This document shows, piece by piece, positions 36,111-44,340 of a stretch of DNA of 64,000 bases (positions within the stretch are counted from its first letter, which is position 1; every line of letters begins with the position of its first letter). Below the pieces are notes generated by a model, which worked only from the letters and a program-made list of their open reading frames with translations, did not search any database and was not told the DNA's origin. The stretch is from Hyalangium minutum. GTDB lineage: Bacteria; Myxococcota; Myxococcia; Myxococcales; Myxococcaceae. The DNA is taken from the NCBI RefSeq assembly GCF_000737315.1, contig NZ_JMCB01000003.1, positions 124,001 to 188,000 on the forward strand, read 5' to 3'. The translations under genes were made by a program, and so were the position numbers.

Positions 36111-36152
36111 GAGCGCCCCTCTCTCGGTTGCGGGAGGGGGAGGGGCGTGCTC
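36111..36152. terminator. GC-rich hairpin downstream of the 5'-nucleotidase gene
   Basis: CGCCCCT (36114-36120) pairs with AGGGGCG (36141-36147), extended by CTCTC/GGGAG. No clear U-tract. Confidence 0.35.
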
Positions 36153-36172
36153 TCCGCCCGCGGAGCTCCGCC

Positions 36173-37627
36173 ATGCATCTTCGTGAGTATGTGACCTTCG
36201 ATGGGCTCGGCCTGGCGGAGCTCGTCCGGCGTCGAGAGGTGAAGCCAGAGGAACTCGTCCAGGTGGCGCTGTCGGCCATCGAGGCGGTGAATCCTTCCCT
36301 CAACGCCGTCATTGGCCTGGTGGAGGCCGAGACTCGGGCCACGCTGGCCAAGCCGCTGCCCGAGGGCCCCTTCACCGGTGTTCCCTTCCTGATGAAGGAT
36401 CTGGTGTTGCACATGGCCGGGGTCCCCACGGACATGGGGAGCCGGCTCTTCCAGGGGATGGTGGCGCCTCACGACACCACGCTCATGGCGCGCTACCGGC
36501 GCGCGGGCCTCATCCCGCTGGGAAGGACCAACGCGCCCGAGCTGGGCTTCAACGCCAGCACCGAGCCCGTACTGCACGGCCCCACGCGCAACCCGTGGAA
36601 CCCGGAGTACAGCACGGGAGGTTCCAGCGGCGGCTCGGCGGCGGCGGTGAGCGCGGGCATGGTGCCCGTGGCCTATGCGAACGATGGTGCGGGCTCCATC
36701 CGCATCCCCGCCTCGCTGTGTGGCCTGTTCGGCCTGAAGCCCACGCGCGGCCGGACGCCGTCAGGGCCGGATGTGGCCGAGGGCCTGAACGGGCTGGGCG
36801 TGGAGCATGTGCTGTCGCGCTCGGTCCGCGACAGCGCGGCCCTGTTGGATGCCACGCTGGGGCCGGACGTGGGCGACCGGTACTCGATCACGCCTCCGGA
36901 GCGGCCGTATCTGGAGGAGGTGGCACGTGAGCCTGGGCGCCTGCGCATTGCCGTCACTTGGGATACGGGCGCTCAGGTTGCCGTGAGCCCCGAGTGCGTG
37001 GCCGCGGTGGAGGCCACCGCGAAGCTGTGCCGCGAGCTGGGGCATGAGGTGATCGAGGCGAAGCCCTCGTATCGCCCTCAGGCGATGTGGACCTCGCTGG
37101 CGGCGCTCTGGAGCTCGGGGACAGCGGCGTTGGTGGATGGGATGTCGGCGATGATGGGCCGCACGCCAGGGCCGGATGTGCTGGAGGCCTCGATCTGGGC
37201 CACCGTGCTGAAGGGCCGGGAGCTCACGGCGGTGGAGCTGCAGCGGGCCTTCGCGATCATGAACCACCTCTCGCGCGAGGTGGGCCGCTTCTTCCTGCAG
37301 TATGACGTGCTGCTCACGCCCACGCTGCCCTATGCGCCGTACCGGCTGGGGGTGCTGAACGCGAACGCGCCGACGACGGCGGACGAGTGGATGCAGCACG
37401 CCTTCGGCTACTGCGCGTTCACGGCCCTGTACAACCTCACCGGCCAGCCTGCCATGAACGTGCCGCTCCACTGGAGCGCCGAGGGCCTTCCCGTGGGCGT
37501 CCAGTTCGTGAGCCGCTTCGAGGATGAGGCGACGCTGTTCCGCCTGGCCGGGCAGTTGGAGCGGGCTCGGCCCTGGGCGAAGCGGACTCCGCCCATTCAT
37601 GCCGCGAGCGCTCGCGGGGCCGCCTGA
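36173..37627 (+). CDS. Amidase signature family protein
   Basis: VPFLMKDL, GRTNAPELG, GGSSGGSAAAV and NDGAGSIRIPAS. Start ATG 36173. Confidence 0.92.
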   Translation: MHLREYVTFDGLGLAELVRRREVKPEELVQVALSAIEAVNPSLNAVIGLVEAETRATLAKPLPEGPFTGVPFLMKDLVLHMAGVPTDMGSRLFQGMVAPHDTTLMARYRRAGLIPLGRTNAPELGFNASTEPVLHGPTRNPWNPEYSTGGSSGGSAAAVSAGMVPVAYANDGAGSIRIPASLCGLFGLKPTRGRTPSGPDVAEGLNGLGVEHVLSRSVRDSAALLDATLGPDVGDRYSITPPERPYLEEVAREPGRLRIAVTWDTGAQVAVSPECVAAVEATAKLCRELGHEVIEAKPSYRPQAMWTSLAALWSSGTAALVDGMSAMMGRTPGPDVLEASIWATVLKGRELTAVELQRAFAIMNHLSREVGRFFLQYDVLLTPTLPYAPYRLGVLNANAPTTADEWMQHAFGYCAFTALYNLTGQPAMNVPLHWSAEGLPVGVQFVSRFEDEATLFRLAGQLERARPWAKRTPPIHAASARGAA

Positions 37628-37670
37628 GAGGGGCGCTCCGGCAGCAGCGCAATGCGTTAGGAAAAGATGC

Positions 37671-37706
37671 TATGAGCACCAATGAAATGGTATGAGCCCC
37701 AATTAA
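37671..37706 (+). repeat. AT-rich 20-bp-period direct repeat just upstream of the glycosyltransferase remnant
   Basis: TATGAGCACCAATGAA (37671) versus TATGAGCCCCAATTAA (37691), 14/16 identical. Confidence 0.55.
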
Positions 37707-38131
37707 TGAGGGTTCTGCTGGCCAACCACCACCTGCAGTACCGAGCGGGGTCCGAGCTTTACTGCCTGGAACTTGCGACGGCCCTGCAGCGGGTGGGTCA
37801 TTGGGAGGCGGAGGAGCAGGCCCGGCGCGCCGAGCACGAGAGGCTCTTGGCACAGCTTCAGCACCAGCGATCCGAGCTGGAGGCACGGGCTCGGGCGTTG
37901 GAGGCGGAGCTGGGTGCGAAGGTCGGCGAGGCCGCGAACCTCCAGGCGGAGCTGGCGTCCGAGCAGCTCTTTCGCCAGCAGCGAGAGCAGGAACTGGAGG
38001 CCATCCACACCAGCATGGCGTGGAAGGGCGTCAACCTGCTGCGTGCCCTCAAGGATCGAACCCTCTTCGTGCCACACACCCGGAGCCGGTGGATCTACGA
38101 CCGAGTCTTGCAGCGGCTCAAGGCGCAGTGA
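37706..38131 (+). pseudogene. Internally deleted glycosyltransferase remnant (GT4 N-terminus joined in frame to a coiled-coil C-terminus)
   Basis: MRVLLANHHLQYRAGSELYCLELATALQRVGH resembles the first beta-alpha unit of GT4 enzymes. It runs directly into a coiled coil ending SMAWKGVNLLRALK. No GT catalytic core. Confidence 0.6.
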
Positions 38132-38160
38132 GGGCAGGGAAGGAAGGGATCTGGGGCGGC

Positions 38161-40098
38161 TTATTTCCGCCGCGAGGGGCACCGGCCGCAGTGCTCCGAG
38201 AGGTGGAGCGCGTACACCACCCCTGCGGTTTCGTTGCGTGCCAGCAGCTCCGTGGGCTTGGACTGCACCCCGCGCGCGAACGCCTGCACCGTCTTCCACG
38301 CCGTCTTGGGATCTGGGGAGAACAGTGCCCCGTGGGCCGAGTCCTCCCACTGCAGCGTGCTCATCCAGTACTCCCAGCGGCCCGCGTCGGCGGACTCGGG
38401 CAGGGCGATCTCCGAGACCCGGGCCTCCTTGAACAGTGGCTTCACTTGAAGCTGGGCCTCGTAGCGCTCCACCTCGAGCGGCAGCTCGAACAGGAAGAGG
38501 CGCCCCGGCGGAGCCCCGGAGCCGGCGCGCACCGTCACCCGCATTCGAGAAGGCCTCGGGTACGCATCCTCCAGGCGCGCGGTGGCCTTCACGTACGCCG
38601 TGATCACATCCGAGTGGTCCGTGAGGGCCTCGTCCACCGCCACCTTGTTGCGCAGCACGTGCTCGCGCTCCTTGGCGTCGTACTCGGACAGGTCCGACAG
38701 GCACACGTCGCACGGTGAGGTGAGCCCCGTTATCAGCGCGCAGACGCTCCCCGACGGCTTCGAATATTCGCCGTCGGGATCGAACTCCAGCGTCTCGACC
38801 TGCGCCGCCAGCGGCGAGCCCGAGCACCCGTAGATGCTCGTCACCGTCTCGATCTTCCACTCCTTGCTCTGGGCCAGTGTCCCTCCCGGCGCTGCTTCCT
38901 TCATCCGGACTGCCGCGGCCACCGCCAACCGGTAGCGCTCGCCGTGGAAGGCCTCGTCGATCAGCGCCGGAGCAACCTGCGGCACTTCCTGGGGCTCGGC
39001 GATGATGAGGGCTCGTTTCAGCAACTCCATCCGCTCCTGGCCGTGCTCCTCACGAGAGAGGGTGTTCACCTGGGCCAGGTGCTCGGTGGCGCTGAGGCGC
39101 TTCGCCTGGAGGACCGCGAGCCGCATGTATCCCCGCGAGCTGAGGCCCCGCTGTTCGGGAGAGAGCGCCGCGGTCTCGCCCGCGTCGATCTTCGCCAGAT
39201 CCCCCAGGTTCACCGCCATCCACGGCGTCTTCTTCGCGACGAGCGCCACGTGAGCCCACGGCCCTTGGACGTTGAGCACCTCCACGGCTGCGTTCACCGG
39301 GAGCATGGTCACGATGGCATCTCGATCATCCGGGCCCTCGCGCACCGAGGCCCGGTACGGGATGACATAGCCCTGGGTACCCTTGGCGGGAGGCGCGGCC
39401 TCCGTGGCCGCCTTCTCCGTGAAGTCAATCAGCTCTCGCCCCAGCTCTCCTGGCTCCGTCTCAGCGACGGTGATCGCCTCCACGAGCGCACCGCTCCGGC
39501 CGTTGCCCTCGGCCATCGCCAGGGCTGCCTTCGCCAGCGGCTTCGCTCGCTCGAAGTCTCCCTTCTTGAGGTACTCGCTGGAGGCCTCCAGCAGGTTGCG
39601 CGTCAGAGGCTTCTCCGCCGAGAGCCCGAACTCGTCCACGTAGCCGCGCAGCGCCCCTCCTTGGATCACCCCGTGGTACTCCGCCGCGCCGGGAGGCTCC
39701 TGGGCCAGCAGCTGAACCTCCGTGCCCAGCTTCAGCGTCTCCACGACGCGCCCCGAGGACTCCCGCGTCGCATGCACGGGCACCTCCTCCAGCCGCACGA
39801 ACCGGGTCTCGCCTCGGAGCGGGTAGGGGGCCAGTCCATCGAGCTTCGTCCAGCGGGTGCCTCCCTTCGCCTCGATGCGGTACCACGCCGCGTCCTCCCA
39901 GAACCGAGGGGAGTGCACCTGGACCCGTGCGCCCAGCGGCAGCTTCTCCACCACGTCGGCGTCGTCGCGCGCCTCGCTCCGGAGCTCCAGGCTGTCCTGG
40001 GTGACGGTCATCTCCTGCGAGGAGCCGCAGGCCCCACCGAGCAGCAGCACCAGGGCCCAGGCCACGGCATGGAGCAACGAGAGCGTTCGCGAGCGCAT
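38161..40098 (-). CDS. Lipoprotein with about three SH3b domains, TPR-like helices and a Cys-containing C-terminal domain
   Basis: Lipobox LGGAC. SH3b-like LELRSEARDDADVVEKLPLGARVQV, VPVHATRESSGRVVETLKLGTEV and ASVREGPDDRDAIVTMLPVNAAVEV. Confidence 0.75.
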   Translation of the reverse strand: MRSRTLSLLHAVAWALVLLLGGACGSSQEMTVTQDSLELRSEARDDADVVEKLPLGARVQVHSPRFWEDAAWYRIEAKGGTRWTKLDGLAPYPLRGETRFVRLEEVPVHATRESSGRVVETLKLGTEVQLLAQEPPGAAEYHGVIQGGALRGYVDEFGLSAEKPLTRNLLEASSEYLKKGDFERAKPLAKAALAMAEGNGRSGALVEAITVAETEPGELGRELIDFTEKAATEAAPPAKGTQGYVIPYRASVREGPDDRDAIVTMLPVNAAVEVLNVQGPWAHVALVAKKTPWMAVNLGDLAKIDAGETAALSPEQRGLSSRGYMRLAVLQAKRLSATEHLAQVNTLSREEHGQERMELLKRALIIAEPQEVPQVAPALIDEAFHGERYRLAVAAAVRMKEAAPGGTLAQSKEWKIETVTSIYGCSGSPLAAQVETLEFDPDGEYSKPSGSVCALITGLTSPCDVCLSDLSEYDAKEREHVLRNKVAVDEALTDHSDVITAYVKATARLEDAYPRPSRMRVTVRAGSGAPPGRLFLFELPLEVERYEAQLQVKPLFKEARVSEIALPESADAGRWEYWMSTLQWEDSAHGALFSPDPKTAWKTVQAFARGVQSKPTELLARNETAGVVYALHLSEHCGRCPSRRK

Positions 40099-40161
40099 GT
40101 GGCCCGCAGGAAACCCCATCGAGCGGCCCTCGACAATGGCGGCAGAGCCCGGCGCCGCGGT

Positions 40162-41013
40162 TCACCCGCGATAGATGGGGGTGGGAGAGGGGGGCGTGGT
40201 GGCCGGGAGGATCTGCCGGAGCGCTTCGTTGATGGTGCGCCGGTGCCGCCACTGCTTCGGATACCCGAGCGACACCTCCTCGAAGCGCACGCCTTCCTCC
40301 CAGAAGGTGAGAGGGATGTGCAGGTGGCCGGTGACGACGACCTCGGCCCGGAAGCGCTGGGGCCAGTCCTCGGTCTGCCGCGTCCCGCACCAGATGGAGA
40401 AGCGGGGGATGCGCGGGAGGCGGGCGTGGTGCCGGCGCAGCGGGAAGTGGTTGACGAGGATCGTCGCGCAATCCGAGGGCAGGGCCTCCAGGCGCTTTCG
40501 GGTCTGCTCACAGCGCGCGGCGCACCACGCGGAGCGCGAGGGGTACGGATCGGGGAACAGGAGCGACTCGTCCGCGCACAGCACACCGGACTCCACGGCC
40601 CAATTCACCGCGTCCTGCTCGGGGACGTCATCCGGGCGGAACGAGTAGTCATAGAGCAAGAAGAGCGGCGCGATGATCCGCGGAGGGCCCTCTCCGGGCC
40701 ACCGGGGATACGGGTCCTCGGGCGTGAGGACTCCGTGGCTCCGGCACACGTCGACGAGCTGCTGGTACTGAGCCTCTCCCCGAGGTGCCGAGGGGCTCTG
40801 GGAGAGTGTCCACAGCTCGTGGTTGCCGGGGACCCAGAGGAGCTGCCGGAAGCGCGGAGCCAGCGTCTCGAAGGCAAACTCCAGATCCTCGGGAGCCTCG
40901 CCCACGTCTCCGGCGACGATGAGCCAGTCGTCCGGGTGAGGCGAGAGCTGCGCGAGGGCCTCACGGTTCTCGGGGGCACGGACGTGGAGATCGCTGATGG
41001 CGTAGAGCTTCAT
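40162..41013 (-). CDS. Calcineurin-like metallophosphoesterase, PptH-like (phosphopantetheinyl carrier-protein hydrolase)
   Basis: SDLH, DWLIVAGDV, WVPGNHELWT, PLFLLYDYSF, LVNHFPL, FSIWCGT, GHLHIP and RFEEVSLGYP. Confidence 0.8.
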   Translation of the reverse strand: MKLYAISDLHVRAPENREALAQLSPHPDDWLIVAGDVGEAPEDLEFAFETLAPRFRQLLWVPGNHELWTLSQSPSAPRGEAQYQQLVDVCRSHGVLTPEDPYPRWPGEGPPRIIAPLFLLYDYSFRPDDVPEQDAVNWAVESGVLCADESLLFPDPYPSRSAWCAARCEQTRKRLEALPSDCATILVNHFPLRRHHARLPRIPRFSIWCGTRQTEDWPQRFRAEVVVTGHLHIPLTFWEEGVRFEEVSLGYPKQWRHRRTINEALRQILPATTPPSPTPIYRG

Positions 41014-41088
41014 GTCCGGGTGTCTGGCTCACCGTGAGTGGTGAAAGAGCTGTTGTGCCTGCGGGAATCCTGAGTCTACACCTTCGGC

Positions 41089-42243
41089 ATGGAGACGCAG
41101 AGGACGGTCCTGATTGCGGGAGGCGGTATTGGAGGGCTCACCCTGGGAGTGGCGCTGCGCCGGGCTGGCTTCTCGGTCCGGGTCTTCGAGCGTGCGGCCT
41201 CCCTGCGCCCTGTGGGGGCGGGCATCACCATGCAGACCAACGCGATCCTCGCGTTCCGGACGATCGGGCTCGACGCCGAGGTCGCCGCGGCGGGCCAGGC
41301 CATGCAGCGTGGCTCCATTCTCGATTGGCGAGGCCGCTCGCTCGGGACGATGCTCGTGGGGGAGATGGCCCAGGAGCTTGGCGCTCCGATGATCGCCATT
41401 CACCGGGCCCGGCTCCAGGAAGTGCTCCAGAAGGCCCTGGGGCCGGAGCCGCTGACGCTGGGCACTCAAGTGGTGGGCTTCCGTGAGGAACCCGGAAGCG
41501 TCGTTGCCCGGCTCTCTGATGGCAGCGAGGTTTCGGGAGAGCTCCTGGTGGGTGCCGACGGCCTGCGCTCCACCGTGCGCGCGCAGCTCCTCCAGGATGG
41601 TGATCCCCCATACGCGGGGTACACGAGCTGGCGGGGCGTGTGCGAGGTCCCCGGAGTCGCGGACACGGCCTTCACCTCGGAGAGCTGGGGCCAGGGTCTG
41701 CGCTTCGGCATCGTGCCCATCGGACAGGGGCGCACCTACTGGTTCGCCACCGCCAACGCTCCTGCGGGCGGAGTGGACACCCCGGATGCCTACGGCGAGC
41801 TGCTGCTCCGCTTTGGCCACTGGCACTCGCCGATTCGAGCCCTCATCGAGCAGACGCCGGTCACGGCCATCGTTCGCACCGACATCTATGATCGTCCGCC
41901 GGTGCAGAGCTGGGCGCGGGGGCGCGTGGTGTTGCTCGGGGACGCGGCGCACCCGATGACGCCCAACATGGGGCAGGGTGGGGGACAGGCGGTGGAGGAT
42001 GCGGTGGTGCTCGCACGGTGCCTGGCCTCCGAGCCGGAGCTGTCCACCGCGCTGACCCGCTACCAGGCCTTGCGTGTGACTCGCGCCAACGGCTTTGTGA
42101 GCCAGTCGCGGCGGCTCGGAGAGGTGGGGCAGTGGGGGAACCCGCTGGCGTGCTGGGTGCGAGACCGGCTCTTCCAGCTCGTGCCCCAGAGCAGCATCCG
42201 CGCCAACCTCCGCCGCGTTTTGACGTTCAAGGCCCAGCCATGA
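41089..42243 (+). CDS. FAD-dependent monooxygenase (group A flavoprotein)
   Basis: GGGIGG, LVGADGLRSTVR and LLGDAAHPMTPNMGQGGGQAVED. Confidence 0.92.
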   Translation: METQRTVLIAGGGIGGLTLGVALRRAGFSVRVFERAASLRPVGAGITMQTNAILAFRTIGLDAEVAAAGQAMQRGSILDWRGRSLGTMLVGEMAQELGAPMIAIHRARLQEVLQKALGPEPLTLGTQVVGFREEPGSVVARLSDGSEVSGELLVGADGLRSTVRAQLLQDGDPPYAGYTSWRGVCEVPGVADTAFTSESWGQGLRFGIVPIGQGRTYWFATANAPAGGVDTPDAYGELLLRFGHWHSPIRALIEQTPVTAIVRTDIYDRPPVQSWARGRVVLLGDAAHPMTPNMGQGGGQAVEDAVVLARCLASEPELSTALTRYQALRVTRANGFVSQSRRLGEVGQWGNPLACWVRDRLFQLVPQSSIRANLRRVLTFKAQP

Positions 42244-42295
42244 GTTGCTGGCGCGCGAGCGATCCGGGGAGAGCCTTCTGCGGTAGGCTGTCCCC

Positions 42296-42949
42296 GTGTT
42301 CCCTCTCCGCATCGTACTGAGTCTCTGTCTGCTCACGGCGAGCGTTTCCTTCGCCCAATCAGCTCCCGTGGATGCTCCCTCTGAGCAGGCTGCGCCGAAG
42401 GGCGAGCTCTTCCCCTACCAGTACAAGTACGAGACCGAGGACTCTCCCGCGCTCGTGTTTCCGCGCGTCGTCGCGGAGGTGTTCGGCGGGGTGCTCGGCG
42501 GCGTGGGGATGGGCATCGTGGGGCTGCTCGCGGGCGTCTCCGCGCTCGAGGATGTGAGCTGCGGCTCGGGCGAGGTGTGCGCGGCCACCATCCTCATCAT
42601 CACGGTGCCGGCTGTGTTCGTGGGCATTCCCTTGGGCGTCCAGTACGCCGCGCAAGGACTGGGAGGCCGAGGCGATTTCCTACCGTCGCTCGCGGGCACT
42701 TTGTTGGGCACCGGGGCCGGGCTCCTCTACGGCTTGAGCCAGGACGGACCGGGCTACATGGCGGTGGGCCTTATCGTGGGGCCAGTCCTGGGCGCCGTGA
42801 TCGGATACGAGATCTCCCACGCGATGAACGCGTCTAGCTCCTACCAGGCGAGGGCTGGGAGTTCCTCCGCTCAAGCCTTGCGCGTGGCGCCGTTGATCGG
42901 CGCGACGCCTCGGGGCGGCTTCCTCGGAGGGCTGTCCGGGAGCTTCTAG
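42296..42949 (+). CDS. Hypothetical exported/membrane protein with Gly-rich hydrophobic helices
   Basis: GTG start, signal peptide (..SVSFAQ) and several GxxxG helices. Confidence 0.7.
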   Translation: MFPLRIVLSLCLLTASVSFAQSAPVDAPSEQAAPKGELFPYQYKYETEDSPALVFPRVVAEVFGGVLGGVGMGIVGLLAGVSALEDVSCGSGEVCAATILIITVPAVFVGIPLGVQYAAQGLGGRGDFLPSLAGTLLGTGAGLLYGLSQDGPGYMAVGLIVGPVLGAVIGYEISHAMNASSSYQARAGSSSAQALRVAPLIGATPRGGFLGGLSGSF

Positions 42950-42952
42950 CCG

Positions 42953-43480
42953 TCACCCGCTGCTCGAGCCCATGTGGCCCGGCGGGTTGCGCAGCCGCGT
43001 GTAGAGCGTCTCCGTCAGCAGGTACCAGAACTGCACGTACCCGATGCTCAGGATGTCCCCATCCTTGAGCGTCACCTCGCGCTTCATGATGATCGTCCCG
43101 TTGAGGAACGTGCCGTTGCGCGAGCCCAGGTCCTTCATCGTGCAGCGGCGATCGGCCTCGTTCCACTGCAGCACCGCGTGTTGCTTGGACACCGAGCCGT
43201 CATCCAGCACCACGTCGCAGTCCGGCAGTCGCCCGATCATCAGCGAGTCCTGCTCCTTCAGCGGCGGGAGGGTGGCCACCAGCAGGTCCTCGAACTCGAA
43301 CAGCAGCGAGAGCATCCCCTGCTCGATGGTGCCCCGGTTCGCCGTGTGCGTCGGGTCCAACACCGCCGAGGACTCAGGGCTCGGGGGCCGCTGAATCAGC
43401 ACGAAGGGCCCGAGCTGCTGGCGGAACTTCGCCTGCGTGAGAGCGGAGCCGAGCGCTCGCATTTCCTTGACCGAGATCAT
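42953..43480 (-). CDS. FHA-domain protein
   Basis: IGRLPDCDVVLDDGSVSKQHA and DLGSRNGTFLNG. Confidence 0.92.
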   Translation of the reverse strand: MISVKEMRALGSALTQAKFRQQLGPFVLIQRPPSPESSAVLDPTHTANRGTIEQGMLSLLFEFEDLLVATLPPLKEQDSLMIGRLPDCDVVLDDGSVSKQHAVLQWNEADRRCTMKDLGSRNGTFLNGTIIMKREVTLKDGDILSIGYVQFWYLLTETLYTRLRNPPGHMGSSSG

Positions 43481-43608
43481 CGTGGGTCCACCTTAATAGA
43501 TCGCCGTCATGCCCACCCGCAGATCCGCACCCAGGGTCCGCGTCCAGGTCCAGGGTTCACCGGTCACCACCCCGGGACCTTTCCGGCAGCCTCGCCCGCT
43601 GCTTTCGT

Positions 43609-43637
43609 TTGCCCGGTTGCCGTTCGTCTCCTACATT
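43609..43637 (+). promoter_or_regulatory. Sigma70-type promoter candidate for greA
   Basis: TTGCCC-N17-TACATT, about 90 bp upstream of the greA start. Confidence 0.55.
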
Positions 43638-43724
43638 CGGAAACTTCGTAAAGGCTGCTCCGGGTACCCCCGGCGAGGGGGCGGACAGGCGAACACTCAT
43701 CTGGTGGCGGAAGGAGCTGTGTCG

Positions 43725-44231
43725 ATGAGCGGGAACATCCCGATGACCCCTTATGGTCTCCGCAAGCTCAAGGAGGAACTCAAGCACCTCCAGACGGTGG
43801 AGCGCGGGAAGATCACTCGGGAGATTGAGGTCGCGCGGGCCCATGGTGACCTGAAGGAGAACGCCGAGTACCACGCGGCCAAGGAGAAGCAGTCCCACAT
43901 CGAGGGACGCATCCTGGATCTCAATGACTGGATCGCCCGAGCCGAGGTGATCGACACCAGCAAGCTCAAGGGGGATGCCGTCGTCTTTGGCGCTACCGTG
44001 ATGCTGCGGGACTCGGACACCGACAAGACGGTGACGTACCGGATCGTCGGGGAACTGGAGGCCGACATCAAGAAGCGCTGGCTGGCGGTCACCTCCCCCG
44101 TGGCCCGCGCGCTCATCGGCAAGAAGATGGGCGACACCGCCGTGGTCCGCAGTCCCGGAGGCGAGAAGGAGTACGAGATCGAGGAGATCCGCTTCGAGGA
44201 TCCCCCGGACGACGCCCCGTCCCCTCCTTGA
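43725..44231 (+). CDS. greA: Transcription elongation factor GreA
   Basis: SD AAGGAG, then ATG 43725. PMTPYG, ARAHGDLKENAEYHAAKEKQ and SPVARALIGK. Confidence 0.97.
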   Translation: MSGNIPMTPYGLRKLKEELKHLQTVERGKITREIEVARAHGDLKENAEYHAAKEKQSHIEGRILDLNDWIARAEVIDTSKLKGDAVVFGATVMLRDSDTDKTVTYRIVGELEADIKKRWLAVTSPVARALIGKKMGDTAVVRSPGGEKEYEIEEIRFEDPPDDAPSPP

Positions 44232-44252
44232 CGCCTCGCGATATGCAGCTGC

Positions 44253-44291
44253 CGGGGGAGTGGGCATCTGCTCGCTCCCCCGCTTTCATTT
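44253..44291 (+). terminator. Intrinsic terminator after greA
   Basis: 13-bp stem CGGGGGAGTGGGC-ATCT-GCTCGCTCCCCCG (two G-U pairs) followed by CTTTCATTT. Confidence 0.75.
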
Positions 44292-44340
44292 CGTGCGGGA
44301 CGTCATCCCTGCTTTTTAGGATGAGCGCTCGGACCCGCTT

